In this document: positions 1 through 12,848 of the stretch, piece by piece
Numbering within the stretch: position 1 is the first letter of the stretch
Layout of the letters: each line of letters begins with the position of its first letter
Origin: Octopus sinensis
Lineage: Eukaryota
Direction of reading: 5' to 3'
NCBI RefSeq assembly: GCF_006345805.1
Contig: NC_043000.1
Location: 103,850,001 to 103,914,000, forward strand
DNA length: 64,000 nt
Notes under the pieces: generated by a model
What the model was told of the DNA's origin: nothing
Databases searched by the model: none
What the model saw: the letters and a program-made list of their open reading frames with translations, nothing else
Position numbers and translations under genes: made by a program

Positions 1-531
1 CCTTTCCCTTTACTCACTGCTATCAAAAAACAGTCAGTACCACTAGAAGGTTATCTAGAACTAGATCCTTCTCTTTCACACCACTGCTTTCATTAACTCA
101 TATACAAAATAATATTTTTGTAGATCATAAATACAGTGCTCCCTCTCTATAATGCGGGTGACGGGGTCCAAGAAAACCAACCACGTTCTATCCGGGGGGA
201 GGCGATAATAGAAGAAAATGAGATATTTGGTTTGATTAGTAAAGTGCACGAACGAAAAGCAAACACATTCAGTCAAGTTTAACATTTATTATACAATAAA
301 TTACTTATAAAATATCATGAATTATAGCACTTACAACAACTTTTAAAAAATACTTACTTCTGTAAGTAGTTCCTGTTGACTCTAAAATAAGAATTTTCAA
401 TAAATGCTTATGAAATACTTTTACATTGCATTTTAGATGTCATGCCACCTAGTGAATGATTTGAAAGCCCTTAAAAGTATGTTTAATTAATAAAGTTACA
501 TTGTATGAAAGTTCACATTTAATTGTTTTTT

Positions 532-780
532 TTATTCAGTCATATAAAAGAAGTCTGTCAGCTTCTTCTGGCACAGTCTTTTCCTCATCTTAATCTGTGT
601 CTGCCTGAGCAGGTTCTTCAGGTGCATGACATGGACTGGTTCATAGTCTTCACACTCAGTGTATTCTATAAGCCACTTGAGGTGTGAGACAGCCTGTGTT
701 TGTGTCTTGGCTGGGGCTGGTATCTCTGCTTCTTCTGTATCATCTTCTTCTGGCTTATCCTTAATCTGCTCCAGGGAGCA
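532..780 (-). mobile_element. C-terminal fragment of a pogo/Tigger (TIGD-like) transposase; possibly a last exon of a domesticated gene
   Basis: Acidic stretch (PEEDDTEEAE), an amphipathic helix, then terminal QKKLTDFF, which is the layout of pogo/Tigger transposase C-termini. Possible acceptor ATACAG on the minus strand at 781-786. Confidence 0.5.
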
Positions 781-2492
781 CTGTATTATGATTTTTTTTA
801 AAAACTTTACACATTTCAAACAAAACTAAACCCTATATTTGTCTGTTTTATGCTCATCCTTATTTTGAACCTTATCTTTGTTCTGAGACGTATCAGAACA
901 AATCATTTATTTGCTCCAGTATTTCCTTGGGTCTCGTATGAAATACTAGTAAGTGTAATTATTGATCAACTTGTACTTTTGTAGATTTATGCAAAGAAAA
1001 TCACTTTAGAGTAATATGAGTAAAGCATTTGTTTTCAGCATAGAGTTTGAAATCCTTAAAATAAAATATTCAAGCCATTTCGTTTATGTACAAAACTAAT
1101 TATTCTTTCAAAAATGTGATAAACCCATTCCAAATAGTTGCTCTCAATTTGCATAACAAGAATTAATATCCATTCTCGTCATTTTACATCTTTTTCCATG
1201 CTAGCATAGGTTGAACAGATCTGTTCCATCATGGTGTCTCACAACTTGTGCAGTCCCTTTTCATCTTTGTGAGATACAGTACTGAGGTCAGCTTACACCA
1301 ATTTTTCTCCATCTTCCTCTTATGCAAGGTGTTTCCACATAGCTACTGTACTTCTCATACATCACGTGCTTGTACTGCTGCAGTCTTCTCTCCTGCACAT
1401 ACCTACTGATTCGTCTCGTACTCTTTCTCTCTCTCTCAGCTCACCTATTTTCTGTCATTAATGCTCTCTAACATTACACTATAAAGCATACTTGTTCCTT
1501 TCCAGCCTTTGTGATTTCTATGCATTGAGTGTCTATAGTTCACTCCTATGCAACAAAACACTTCAAACACAAGCATCATATAATTCTAAATTCTGCCTTC
1601 ACTTAGAAGAAGCCATTTGTTGCCAACTGTTAAACATGAGATTTCACAGTCAACTTTTGCTTAGTCAAATAGCTTCCTGCTTTATTCGTGATATAGATAT
1701 TTTTCTATACATTGCAGTACAAATTAGCATCAATATTATTTAATGTTTGATTGTAGAATTTGATGATTAAATCCCTTTTATTTATTTTATCTAGGTGACT
1801 AAAGAAATATTTGATAGAAATTTTTACATCAATAAATTACTGACTTAAAGAATGATGTTCAAGCTATTGGGTCTTCTCTGACATGTCATCTCTGGGATTC
1901 TTGGACCAAGTGAAAACTATTGCTATTTATATTTCAATTTTACTGTAAACTCAAACATATCCCAATTCTTTGAAGTTGTATACCTGCAACACAGCTAATA
2001 TACCCTTTTTTTTTTCTTTTATAAATATTTGTAAATTTATTTGTGCAGTCATTCATTTCTCATTTTCCTTTTACATTGTTATTCATATCAATTCCTGTAA
2101 ATAAAATCAGTAAAGTATCTATATAATTTTTGTTATTCTTTTCTTTCATTCAGTATTTTCTTTATTTCACACAAACATGATAAAATAGACAAGTACTTGA
2201 GTGTGTGTGTGTGTGTTTCATTCATTTAGTCATGTTATTTAAAGGCTCCTCTGATACTGTTGAGTTTGATATGGTTTATGTTCATCTTCAACAACTGTAG
2301 GAAATTTCTTGGGTGAGGAAGGAATTTCTGTGGGATATGTTCTGACGAAGAAGGATTTGATACAGTGATTAATGCATGATTTAGATGAGAAGAGACAGTG
2401 TGAGTGATGAGACAAGAAGATACAAATATGTTGAGTGGGCTTGAATGGAGGTGGCATACAACCAGTTATCTTTGAGCTACAATAAACTAAGG

Positions 2493-2830
2493 CTATTGTA
2501 GTAACAGTAGAAAAATCAGTGGACTAAATGTTGAAGTGTGTTTATGGGTGACTCTGTAAATGATTAGGCCATGTGATTTGTGTGAAATTAAGAGAATCAG
2601 CGTGCCTGTTTTGCCAAGAGCTTTAGTGACGTATGTAAAATAGAATTGACTTCCTGAAGGCTTATTCTTCATTAGACCAAACCAGTGGTAGTCAGAGAGT
2701 ACCAGATCCAGGTTGTACAATAGAAACGGGATTACTGACCAGCCCGGTTTACTGATTGCCTGATTTCTGATTTGTTGCAAAAGTTATGTGTGGTCATGCA
2801 TTGTCATGGTAAACATGGATCCTTTTCATA
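2493..2830 (-). mobile_element. Decayed mariner transposase fragment
   Basis: Translation PFLLYNLDLVLSDYHWFG resembles the mariner HPPYSPDLAPSDYHLF motif. Confidence 0.55.
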
Positions 2831-2940
2831 TTCTTTTTCAGTCTCCTAAGGGTTTCTCTAAGCATTTTGGGTGTCTCAGTGTACCACTGCTCACTGTTCA
2901 TAGTATAACTATATTTGAGAAATCAAAGAGGATACCCCTG

Positions 2941-2989
2941 TCATCATCATCGTTTAACGTCCGTTTTTCATGCTGGCATGGGTTGGATG
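2941..2989 (-). mobile_element. 3' tail of a SINE interrupted by the Gypsy insertion (continues at 9108)
   Basis: tcatcatcatcgtttaacgtccgtttttcatgctggcatgggttggatg matches the (CAT)n-tailed SINE end also seen at 18666 and 29731. Confidence 0.8.
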
Positions 2990-3812
2990 TGTAAGAAATA
3001 GGATCACGCTTGGTCGTATCATGTAGGAAATACGATTGCATGCGGTTCTACTCTTAACGAATTATTCAAAGCCATAAACTACATACAAACGACAATAGTA
3101 CATAAGTGAATTGACACAAGTCTTCTGTTGGTAGATAAATATTATTTATTTTACGTATTTTACAATCATGTGGATTTTAAGAGTTCGTAAGCGTTAGCAT
3201 GTTTTGTGTCTGTGTGTTCGGGTGGCGTGGAGCATACCCAACGGTACTGAACATAGAATTAACAATGGCATTTAGTTTACTGTTCATAGGGCAAGGTGCC
3301 GGAATCTACTCGAGAGACTTTCAGTAGTTGTATAGATTAGCGTAGCAACAGGTAGTAGCAGAGACAATCGCATATCTCTAAGTTGAGCAGCAGGTGGCCT
3401 AAGTTAGTTCTTAGAAGAACTGGAACCCAAGACCTAAGTGTCTGTGAACCCTGCTTTATATACTGTTTGGTTGGCTCACCGAACTCCAGAAAATGGAATT
3501 TTAACCGAAAGTCTTGATTGGCTGATTCGCAATTATGGCACGAAATAAGTCGAGACAATTCGCGTCACGTGTCAACCAGTGGCGCAGACTTCGTAGGGAC
3601 CCTCGTGTCACATGTCCCCCAGTGGTGCGAAACACGTAGAGACCACTTGTGTCACCTGTCAGCCAATCAAGTTAGTGTTTAGAACAAGAACAAGTTGACC
3701 CAAAGATGGTTGTAACCTCAAACGAGATCATTTCTGCCTTGCCTTTCACACAGTGAAGATATTAGCAATCGCTATAGCCATATTTCAAAATGGCTGAAAC
3801 TGCCACGCTACA
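2990..3812 (-). repeat. 3' LTR
   Basis: TGTAAG...CTACA, near-identical to 8285-9107; preceded on the minus strand by purine-rich GAGAGGCTGA (3813-3822, PPT-like). Confidence 0.96.
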
Positions 3813-4141
3813 TCAGCCTCTCAACAGAAAAATTGTTACAATTTTGCGAACGAAATTAGTTATACATATGTATTTTTTTTTTTTTTTATATATATACACA
3901 AATGCATTTACAAGGTTAAAACATATGAATTTAGTCTTTCCGCTTACATTTCATGTCCGTACATTGTTTTTCTCCTTTCATTGAGAAAAAAAAATAATGT
4001 TTTTTTTTGTTGTTTTTTTTTGTGAACCCATGAATATAAATCAAATCTGTCTTTTATATATATATATATATATTATATATATAATCCATGGATAAAAATA
4101 AAAATAAATTTTTCTTTTTTTTTTTTAAAAAAAATATATCC

Positions 4142-5401
4142 TCAAACAAACTGAGAAAATTTTTTTGGGAAGTGTACAGTTCTACCACTTATAGTTTTTT
4201 TTTCATTTGTAGGTGGTTTTAGAATTGATTTCGCTTTTCCCTCAACATCGGATTTGTTGTTTTCTATATCATTTTTTTGTTTCACGTTGTGTTGATGTGT
4301 GTTGCTCATATCTCTGGTTTCATGACATGGATAATGGTCGAAATAAGCTTTTTTTACTCTGTCGACACTGACAATTTCTTTCTTTCCATTCATCTCCAAA
4401 GTCATAGTTTTGTCTGTAACTGATAAGACTTTTAAAGGTCCGGTGTATTTATATTTCAGCGAATTATGAGCTGCATCGTTACGGACATACACATGTGTCC
4501 AAGATTTTATATCCGAAGGAAGAAAACTTTTAACATTTTGCAATTTTCTTGTACAAGAAGGAATATCCGTAAGAAATCTTTTTAGACGAGTTACATAGTC
4601 ATTAACATCTCCATTGAAAAAATTAGTTTCTTCGAACATTTGAGCAGGTAAAGTTAACGTTGTTCCATACAAAAGTTCAGCTGGAGAATACTGTATAGTT
4701 TCTTTAACCACACTTCTAATTCCCAACAATACCACTGGCAGAGCCTCTAGCCAATCGTTAGAATTAGAATAAGTTCTTAATGAAGCTTTCAACTGTCTAT
4801 GGAACCTTTCTACCATTCCGTTAGATTGTGGGTGATATGAAGTTGTACGAATTCTATTAATTCCCAACAATTTATTGAATTCTGCGAACAAGCTAGACTC
4901 AAATTGTCTACCACGATCTGTTGTCACTGTATTTGGGATGCCGAATCTAGACATCCAATTGGTAAACAAAGTTTTTGCTATAGTTCCTGCAGATACATCC
5001 TTTATCGGATAAGCTTCTGGCCATCTGGAAAAACAGTCCACACACGTCAACAAATACATATTATCCTCGCACGGAGGCAAGGGTCCCACTATATCGATGT
5101 GGATATGTTGGAATCTCGCATCCGGATTTGCAAATGTGCCTAATGGTGCTTTGATGTGCCGCTGTACTTTAGATTTCTGACATTGCATACATGCTTTGAC
5201 CCATGAACGAATATCCTTATTCATACCAGGCCAAACAAAACGATTTGATATTAACTTCAACGAAGCTTCTATACCTGGATGAGATAAATTATGTAAGCTA
5301 GAAAAAACATTTTTTCTATGCTTTTCAGGCACAAATGGTCTTGAAAGCCCTGTAGAAATATCACACCAAATATGTGAATTACATGAATGTATCGGCAACA
5401 T
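4142..5401 (-). pseudogene. Gypsy pol, integrase part (cut off from RT-RH by an in-frame TAA at 5402-5404)
   Basis: HHCC zinc finger (HNLSH...CMQC), DDE core (HIDIVGP, TTDRG, GMVERFH) and a GPY/F-like YTGP motif. Confidence 0.95.
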
Positions 5402-7321
5402 TTAAAATTTTAAAGCAGTTGAATCAGAATTTTTATATGAAGAAAATTCTTTATCTGCAACTTGATCCTTAGACATCTCTTCCAAATTTATTGTGCTTAA
5501 TGAGCTTAATGCGTCTACATTCATTCGAGAAAGTGCATCTGCTGCTATATTTTTTTCCCCCTTGATAAAACGTATATCCACAGTAAACTGTGAAATAAAA
5601 TCAAGGTGTCTAATTTCTCTAGGAGAATATTTTTCCGAAGAGTTTTTCAATGCATATGTTAACGGTTTATGGTCAGTGAATAAAGTAAATGACCTACCTT
5701 CAAGAAGATGTCTGAAATGTTTGATTGACAAATAAGCTGCCAACAATTCTCTGCCGAAAACACTGTATTTGGTTTCTGGTGCCTTGAATTTTTTTGAAAA
5801 AAATGCCAATGGTTGCCAGGAATTACAATGAAATTGCTGTAGAACCCCACCAATCCCCACATCGGAAGCATCAACCATCAATGATAATTTCGCTTCAGGA
5901 ACCTGGTGGTTTAAAAGCGTTGCTTTACACAGTTTCTCTTTGATTTCTTTAAAGGCTTGTAATTCCTTTTCTTGTAAGGTTATGGCTTCATTTTTTTTCT
6001 TTCTATTTTTCAATAGCTCAGTTAAGGGATATAGGGTTTCCGTAACTTTAGGAATGAACTTTCTGTAAAAATTGACGATCCCTAAAAATCCTCTGAGCTT
6101 CCTTAAACTATTTGGTACTGGGAAGTTTTTTATTGCTTCCACCTTCTCTGGTAATGGGCGAATTCCATCTTTACCGATTAGATGACCCAAAAAGGATATG
6201 GTCGTTTCACCAAAAACACATTTCGATGGGTTTATCACAATTCCAAATTTTGTTAATCGTTCGAAGATTTTTTTTAAATGCTCTCCATGTGTTTCTTCCG
6301 ATGGACTAGCGATGAGAATATCGTCTATATAAGCAAACACGAAAGGTAAATCTCGTGTTACTTCATCCATAAACCTTTGAAAAGTATTTGCCGCATTCCT
6401 CAATCCGAAAGGCATGCGAAGAAATTCAAACAAACCAAATGGAGTGGTAATAGCTGTCTTCGGTATATCGTTATCTGCCACAGGAATTTGGTTGTATGCC
6501 CTGACTAAATCTATCTTTGAAAAAATGGTACAACCACTCAAAGAAGTCGCAAAATCCATTATGTGGGGTATTGGATATTTGTCAGGCTTTGTTTTCGCAT
6601 TCAGTTGTCTAAAATCTCCACAAGGTCGCCAGTCGATGAGGTTTTTCTTGACCATAACTAATGGTGTTGACCAGCTACTACTAGAAGGACGGATTATACC
6701 CAGGTCCATCATATGCCGAAACTCCACCTTAGCCACCTTCAATTTCTCCGGCGATAATCTCCTCGGTGGTCCGTGTGTGATGATGTGATGTGTCACCGAA
6801 TGCGTACACGTGGTATTCAGAGTTAACTGCTTCGTGATTTGTGGATAGTTTTCCAAAATTTTGTGGTACTTATTTTCTGTGGACGCCATGAAATATAGTG
6901 GACTGATTGTTGCTCTTCTGCATCTCATTCCCTGAATTTTTAATGACGTTTGTGTGTCTATTAATTTTTGTTTGTTCACATCTACCATTAAATGATAGTG
7001 CACCAAAAAATCCACTCCTAATATTGGATATGGTAAATCTGCTACTATGAATACCCATTTGTATTCTCTTCGCAAATTTATGTCAAGTGTTAAGCTGATC
7101 TCTCCAAACGTTTGAATTTCAGACTGATTCACCGCTTGAAGAGTCATATACACGGGTTTGGTTTTCTGTTTTAAGAGCCTTACAGGCCATATCGAACACG
7201 CTGCTCCTGTATCCACGAGAAATCTTTCTTTTGATTTTAAGTCATATACGAAAAACACGCGACTTTTTACAATGCTATCCACAGACTTCGTCGCATCCAA
7301 TCTATGGTTTAGAAGTTTCCC
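5402..7321 (-). pseudogene. Gypsy pol: aspartic protease, reverse transcriptase, RNase H
   Basis: FLVDTGA protease motif; RT motifs RMPFGLRNA and YIDD; RNase H VDASD...FTDHKPL...ADALSR. The frame is open up to the slippery site at 7315-7321. Confidence 0.95.
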
Positions 7322-8141
7322 GAATTTCCTTTTTTTTTAGCAAGGAAATCGAACGCACAGGGTTTGATGCACTTACAGGAATTCTCTCCGAATTTAGCGT
7401 GATACCAGCATATGGCGTTTCTGTTCACGCTAGGGCTCTTCGATCTCCTGCGCCACTTTGTGTTTTTTCTCTGATCGGCGCGGCTGTTTCTCTCCAGTTG
7501 CAAGCTCCCAATTTTTTTTGTCAATACTTTGAACTGTTGCTCGTAACATTTCTTCAATTCTTGTATCTCATTTGAAATTGAAGGAATCGCACTAATAGTC
7601 TCCTTGGACGATAACTCCAAAATACCGTCCGCTAGGTCCGCCAACTGTTGGATTGAGTTCTGGTTTTTACTGCCGAGAGCAAGGTTTGTGTTTTATGCGG
7701 CAGTTTGTTGAAAAATACCTCTTTGAGGTACGATTCCTCTATTTGCTGGTTCCCCAGCAGTTCGTTCATCCTTCTCAACAGTTGCGTGGGTTTTCTATTA
7801 CCCAGCTCTTCACCGTTAAACAATTTCGCAAATTCCTTTTGCTTGGAACTAGACGTGCACTTCAATATTTCTTCCTTAATCGAAGAATATGACACCGGTT
7901 CCATAGGGTTCAGTAACAGATCCCTGATTTCATTGCTTAGCGGTGGCGGCAAGTTACTAAGCATGATGTTGTACTTCTGTTCTTCGTTCGCTATTCTGTT
8001 GGCTCTGAAGGTTGCCTCTAGTTGCGTCAACCACATCAGTGTATCACCAGTCCATGGGGGACTACTCAAGACATTGACAGAAGCTTGTGTGTAACTTCTG
8101 TCGAAGTACGATGCTCCGCATTCTTTTTTTTCCTGCTCCAT
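7309..8141 (-). pseudogene. Gypsy gag, frameshifted near 7665
   Basis: PPW...WLTQLEATF, ELGNRKPTQLLRRM and CWYHAKFG...CIKPC are typical Gag motifs. Adding one A to the minus-strand A run near 7665 joins ORFs 7632-8336 and 7309-7644. Confidence 0.88.
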
Positions 8142-8270
8142 TATATTTGTGGATATGTATTTTGTTTTTGTTTTTTTTTCAAAAAATATTCCTTTTTCAG
8201 CTTCTTCTGTGTCAATACTTCCGTACTTATGTTTATTATCGGCTGCGTAGTATATGCGAATGGCTGCGTA

Positions 8271-8283
8271 GTTGGGGTCACCA
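8271..8283 (-). promoter_or_regulatory. Primer-binding site, tRNA-Trp type
   Basis: TGGTGACCCCAAC just inside the 5' LTR, complementary to the eukaryotic tRNA-Trp 3' end (...GUCGGGGUCACCA) with one mismatch. Confidence 0.8.
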
Positions 8284-8284
8284 G

Positions 8285-9107
8285 TGTAAGAAATAGGATC
8301 ACGCTTGGTCGTATCGTGTAGGAAATACGATTGCACGCGGTTCTACTCTTAACGAATTATTCAAAGCCATAAACTACATACAAACGACAATAGTACATAA
8401 GTGAATTGACACAAGTCTTCTGTTGGTAGATAAATATTATTTATTTTACGTATTTTACAATCATGTGGATTTTAAGAGTTCGTAAGCGTTAGCATGTTTT
8501 GTGTCTGTGTGTTCGGGTGGCGTGGAGCATACCCAATGGTACTGAACATAGAATTAACAATTGCATTTAGTTTACTGTCCATAGGGCAAGATGCTGGAAT
8601 CTACTCGAGAGGCTTTCAGTAGTTGTATAGATTAGCGTAGCAACAGGTAGTAGCAGAGACAATTGCATATCTCTAAGTTGAGCGGCAGGTGGCCTAAGTT
8701 AGTTCTTAGAAGAACTGGAACCCAAGACCTAAGTGTCTGTGAACCCTGCTTTATATACTGTTTGGTTGGCTCACCGAACTCCAGAAAATGGAATTTTAAC
8801 CGAAAGTCTTGATTGGCTGATTCGCAATTATGGCACGAAATAAGTCGAGACAATTCGCATCACGTGTCAACCAGTGGCGCAGACTTCGTAGGGACCCTCG
8901 TGTCACATGTCCCCCAGTGGCACGAAACACGTAGAGACCACTCGTGTCACCTGTCAGCCAATCAAGTTAGTGTTTAGAACAAGAACAAGTTGACCCAAAG
9001 ATGGTTGTAACCTCAAACGAGATCATTTCTGCCTTGCCTTTCACATAGTGAAGATATTAGCAATCGCTATAGCCATATTTCAAAATGGCTGAAACTACCA
9101 CGCTACA
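8285..9107 (-). repeat. 5' LTR
   Basis: Copy of 2990-3812 with about 16 substitutions counted by eye, nearly all transitions. Confidence 0.96.
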
Positions 9108-9385
9108 GATGGTTTGACTGAGGTCTGGAGAGTCAGCAGCTGCACCAGGCTCCAGTCTGATCTGGTAATGTTTCTAAAGCTGGATACCCTTCCTAATGCC
9201 AACCACTCCAAGAGTGTAGTGGATGCTTTTTACGTGCCACCAATACAGGAGCTAGTCAGGTGAGCCTGGCATCAATCACGTTTGGATGGTGCATTTTATG
9301 TGCCACCAGCACAGGCGCCAGTCAGGGGACATTGGCATTGACCATGTTCGGATGATGTATTTTACGTGCTACCAGAACGAGAGTC
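9108..9385 (-). mobile_element. Remainder of the interrupted SINE
   Basis: Continues as gtttgactg...gctggatacccttcctaatgccaaccactcc...tttttacgtgccacc, collinear with the copy at 18666-19040. Confidence 0.8.
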
Positions 9386-10169
9386 AGTTAAGTATATCAT
9401 ATCACCCAACGCATCACAACATATCTCCAAAGGTCTCAGCTTTCTGTCATTGTGTCTGTGAGGCCCAGTATTCGAAGGTCATGCTTCACCACCTCATCCC
9501 ATGTCTTCCTGGGTCTACCTCTTCTCTAAAAAACAATCACTATAACTTTATGTGTTAATTGCTGGCCCTTGAACTTTTTAGGCCTTAGCAGTGCGATATC
9601 ATTCCGTAGGTATATTATATCTTTGTGTAATGTCGGAATGCAATGTTTATGATGAAGACATTATCACAGCACAACTCTGTAGGTCACCTGACTCCTAAAG
9701 TTCAGAACGTAAAGACAAACTAACGACCGCTTAGCATTTTGCCCGGTGTACTAACGATTCAGCCAGCCTACACTCTTGCTGTATAAATATTGAACGAAAG
9801 GAAGATCCTACGCATTGAAGAGAATCTTAATTTGCAATGTGGAGGATTTTAACTCTCGTGAGTTAAACAAGAGAGTGGAAAATGTTAAGAAGGTACTATA
9901 GATGAAACGCAAGGTATTTAGAGTGGGGTTTCATTTTCCTTAGAGAATATTTAAACCAGGTTCAAAACTTATATTTTTAAAGCATTTAAAAATATTCATG
10001 GGGATTAGAATTACAATTAGACATGACGAATGTCAAGATTCAATATAATTTCATCGTATGTCCTCATCTTTGGTAGACAGGACAGACGCAGCTGAAGTGG
10101 TTTGGGCCATAGGTTTGGCCGATCAGTAGTGACAGGGGCTAAACAACATCTTTAGAAATACCAATTTCA

Positions 10170-10367
10170 AATTTTGGCACAAGTTCAGAAGTCTGGGAGA
10201 AGTGGGTTAGTCGATTACATCGACTCCAGTGTTCAATTGGTACGTATTTTATCGACCTCGAAAGGCAAAGACGACTTTGGCCGAATTTGAACTTGGAACG
10301 TGAAGACGGACGAAATGCCGCTTAGCATTTTATCCGGCGTGTCAACGATTCTGCCAGCTCGCTCCTT
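10170..10367 (-). mobile_element. tRNA-derived SINE (family also at ~12260-12440, 15560-15730, 25235-25440, 34790-34990, 54220-54410, 57990-58045)
   Basis: Recurrent gtcgattacatcgac...gaatttgaact...aagcattt...aacgattctgccagctcgc; GTTCAAAT-type B box on the minus strand. Confidence 0.75.
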
Positions 10368-10379
10368 AACAACTGTAGA

Positions 10380-10660
10380 AATATTGGGTACTCACAGTTC
10401 GTGCACTCGCGTAGTCGCACATCCGCGCTAGCTAGTCGTGACTAGTCGATCCTTACTTTGTATTTTATTTACTTTGTTTAGAAAAATTATTTACTTTGTT
10501 TTTGTGTCTTATTTACTTTGTGTAAAAATATATTTATTTTGTGTTTTATTTACATTGCTAGGTAGTCGTAGGATCGACTAGTGACGACTAGCTCGCGCGG
10601 ATGCGCGACTATGATAGTGCGCGCACCGGGATCACTCTTCTTAAATAGTACCGAAATATT
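10380..10660. mobile_element. GC-rich fold-back element (MITE-like) about 260 bp upstream of the RPE ATG
   Basis: Arms tagtcgcacatccgcgctagctagtcgtgactagtcgatcct and aggatcgactagtgacgactagctcgcgcggatgcgcgacta flank a T-rich spacer made of tttactttgt repeats. Confidence 0.7.
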
Positions 10661-10915
10661 GTATGGAAACGAAATTCGCATGCGGTCATTTATTTATACT
10701 CATTCATTGACTTTACAAACAAAATCAAATTAACCTTACGATTTACATAAGTTAAAACCAGTAAGCATTTAGTAAACAAACAGTTTTAGCTATTTTGAAC
10801 AGCGCGCCAAATAAACTAAATAACCTTTCAACTATACGTGAAAACAAGAACACAAAAAAGAGTGGTTACGAAACTGAGATCCTGAATCAGTTTCCCGCAT
10901 TTAGCACTACTAATA

Positions 10916-11158
10916 ATGGCGGCTTCTTCGGGATACACATGTAAGATAGGCCCGTCTATTCTTAATTCTGATCTCTCATCTTTATCCGAAGAATGTCAAC
11001 GAATGATGAATTGCGGTGCAGATTACTTGCACCTGGATGTGATGGATGGCCACTTCGTACCGAACTTAACTTTTGGACATCCCGTTGTCAAGTGTTTACG
11101 ACCGAAAGTTCCCAATGCATTCTTTGACATGCACATGATGGTTGCGAACCCTGAAAGG
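10916..11158 (+). CDS. RPE: Ribulose-phosphate 3-epimerase, coding exon 1
   Basis: IGPSILNSD...[17 protein letters not shown]...FDMHMMV; GT donor at 11159, phase 0. Confidence 0.96.
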
Positions 11159-12848
11159 GTCTGAGCGATGTATTTCTTTGCTAATTTATTTTATTAATTC
11201 TTTGAACTCTGTCTGTGTCTCTCTTGTAGTTTAGAATATTTTGTCTGACGATATTGTAACTTGCCTGCTCACTATTATAAAGTTTTATTTTGTCATTTTC
11301 TTGATGACAACAATTGTTTTTGTTAGTGATTATTTAGTTTATCATCGGATTTTATTCAGTAGGCCTATGATTACAGACATTCCAGATGTGACCAGCAACT
11401 CTCTTTTTTACCTCCTTTTCATTTTTTAAGCATATTTAGACTATATTGCACATTTTTCATCTTCTAAAACTGATTTGAGAAAACTTTGGCTGCTGTTTCT
11501 ACCCAATAGAGGGACCATATGGGAGCCTATTTAAATTCTTATGAATTCTTCAGTAGACAGTGCACATGATCTTTTTAAAACCTCTAAAACTGGTGGGAAG
11601 AAGTTATCGGAACTGATTGTTTATATCATAATACAAGCTCAACCTTGATCAAGCAAACCCTATGATCATAGACATTCCTTCCATAACCATCCGTATTTTT
11701 AGGGATATCTAGGGTTATATTATCCAATGTGCTCTGTGTTTAAAATTATGGGATGTAAGTTGTGGAAGATTTCAGATAGATCGAGTGACCTGGTAGCTCG
11801 TTTGATTCTTATTATTGTTTGTCATCATCCAAGTGAGCGAGAGAAAGAAGTGATGGTGGTGTAAGGACGGCGAAAGAAAAAAGTAGAAGCGGTAGCGTCT
11901 GACTCGTTACCCTACGTGCGAGCTCCTTGCTCATTCAGTGTCGATGTTTCCTTTCATCCATTCGAAGTCGATGAAATAGCTACCACTCGGTTCTAGATTA
12001 TACTGGAATTTGGAAGCCGTTATTACGTCTTATTACAAGACTTGCACGTGTTATATATTTAGTTTGTGTGTGTGTGTGTTTCTTTCTTGTTAATGACTAC
12101 TAAAAACATTATTACTATCATATGCACATGGCTGCCTCGCTTCGACCCCGAAAAAGTGTATAGGCAGTAAATCCATAAAGGCAACATTGGAATTCAGTAA
12201 AGTATGTGTAGGTAAACACAACAAAATATTTTGTCTAATCCATCGATTCCGTCCACCCCGTAAGTCACATGGCCTGAAATTTTATGGGGAGGAAACAATC
12301 AGTTATATGGAATCCGATATATGGTACTATTTTATCGACTTTCTGACAAATGAAAGGCAAAATCGACCTTGATGGAATTTGAACTCTGAATGTAGAGTCC
12401 TAGCATGCCATTTTGTACGACGCTCCAACAATTCAGTGTCATTGTACCTGACGTGTGTATCCAAATTCATCTGGTGTAACATTTCATTTCTCTAGTATTG
12501 ATGTGTACAAGTGATATACTTGTACGCTATTGAATGAGTTCTTTAAAACCATTTAATTTCCAATTAATATTTTGGAACCACTTCAAAATCCAGACTAATT
12601 TTCCTTTGTTTTTTTTTTTTTGTAGCAAGGGAGCTTACTCTTCTATACTCACAAATTGATGTAAAAATTTGATAATGCTCAACATTGTAAATACAATCAG
12701 ATTTATTGGAATTTAATCAGAAATCTGTTTCCAAATCAATACTTAATGAATTGATTTAAATGGCTCAGCTGCAGTTATTCTAAACTATATCAGTATGTCT
12801 CAGTTGTATTTGTAAAAGATATACCAAATTGAGGTCGATCAACATCAG

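Larger units (their letters stand above)
2990..9107 (-). mobile_element. Full-length Ty3/Gypsy LTR retrotransposon (gag-PR-RT-RH-IN), mutated
   Basis: Two 823-bp LTRs with TG...CA ends; 4-bp TSD GATG at 2986-2989 and 9108-9111; PR-RT-RH-IN domain order. Confidence 0.97.

Noticed and set aside
3337-3558. Duplicated 73-aa ORF (also 8632-8853)
   Set aside because: Lies inside the LTRs, has a non-ATG start and no recognisable motif.
5399-5407. Programmed read-through at the TAA between RNase H and integrase
   Set aside because: Not a usual recoding position in Gypsy pol; a nonsense mutation is simpler given the other lesions.
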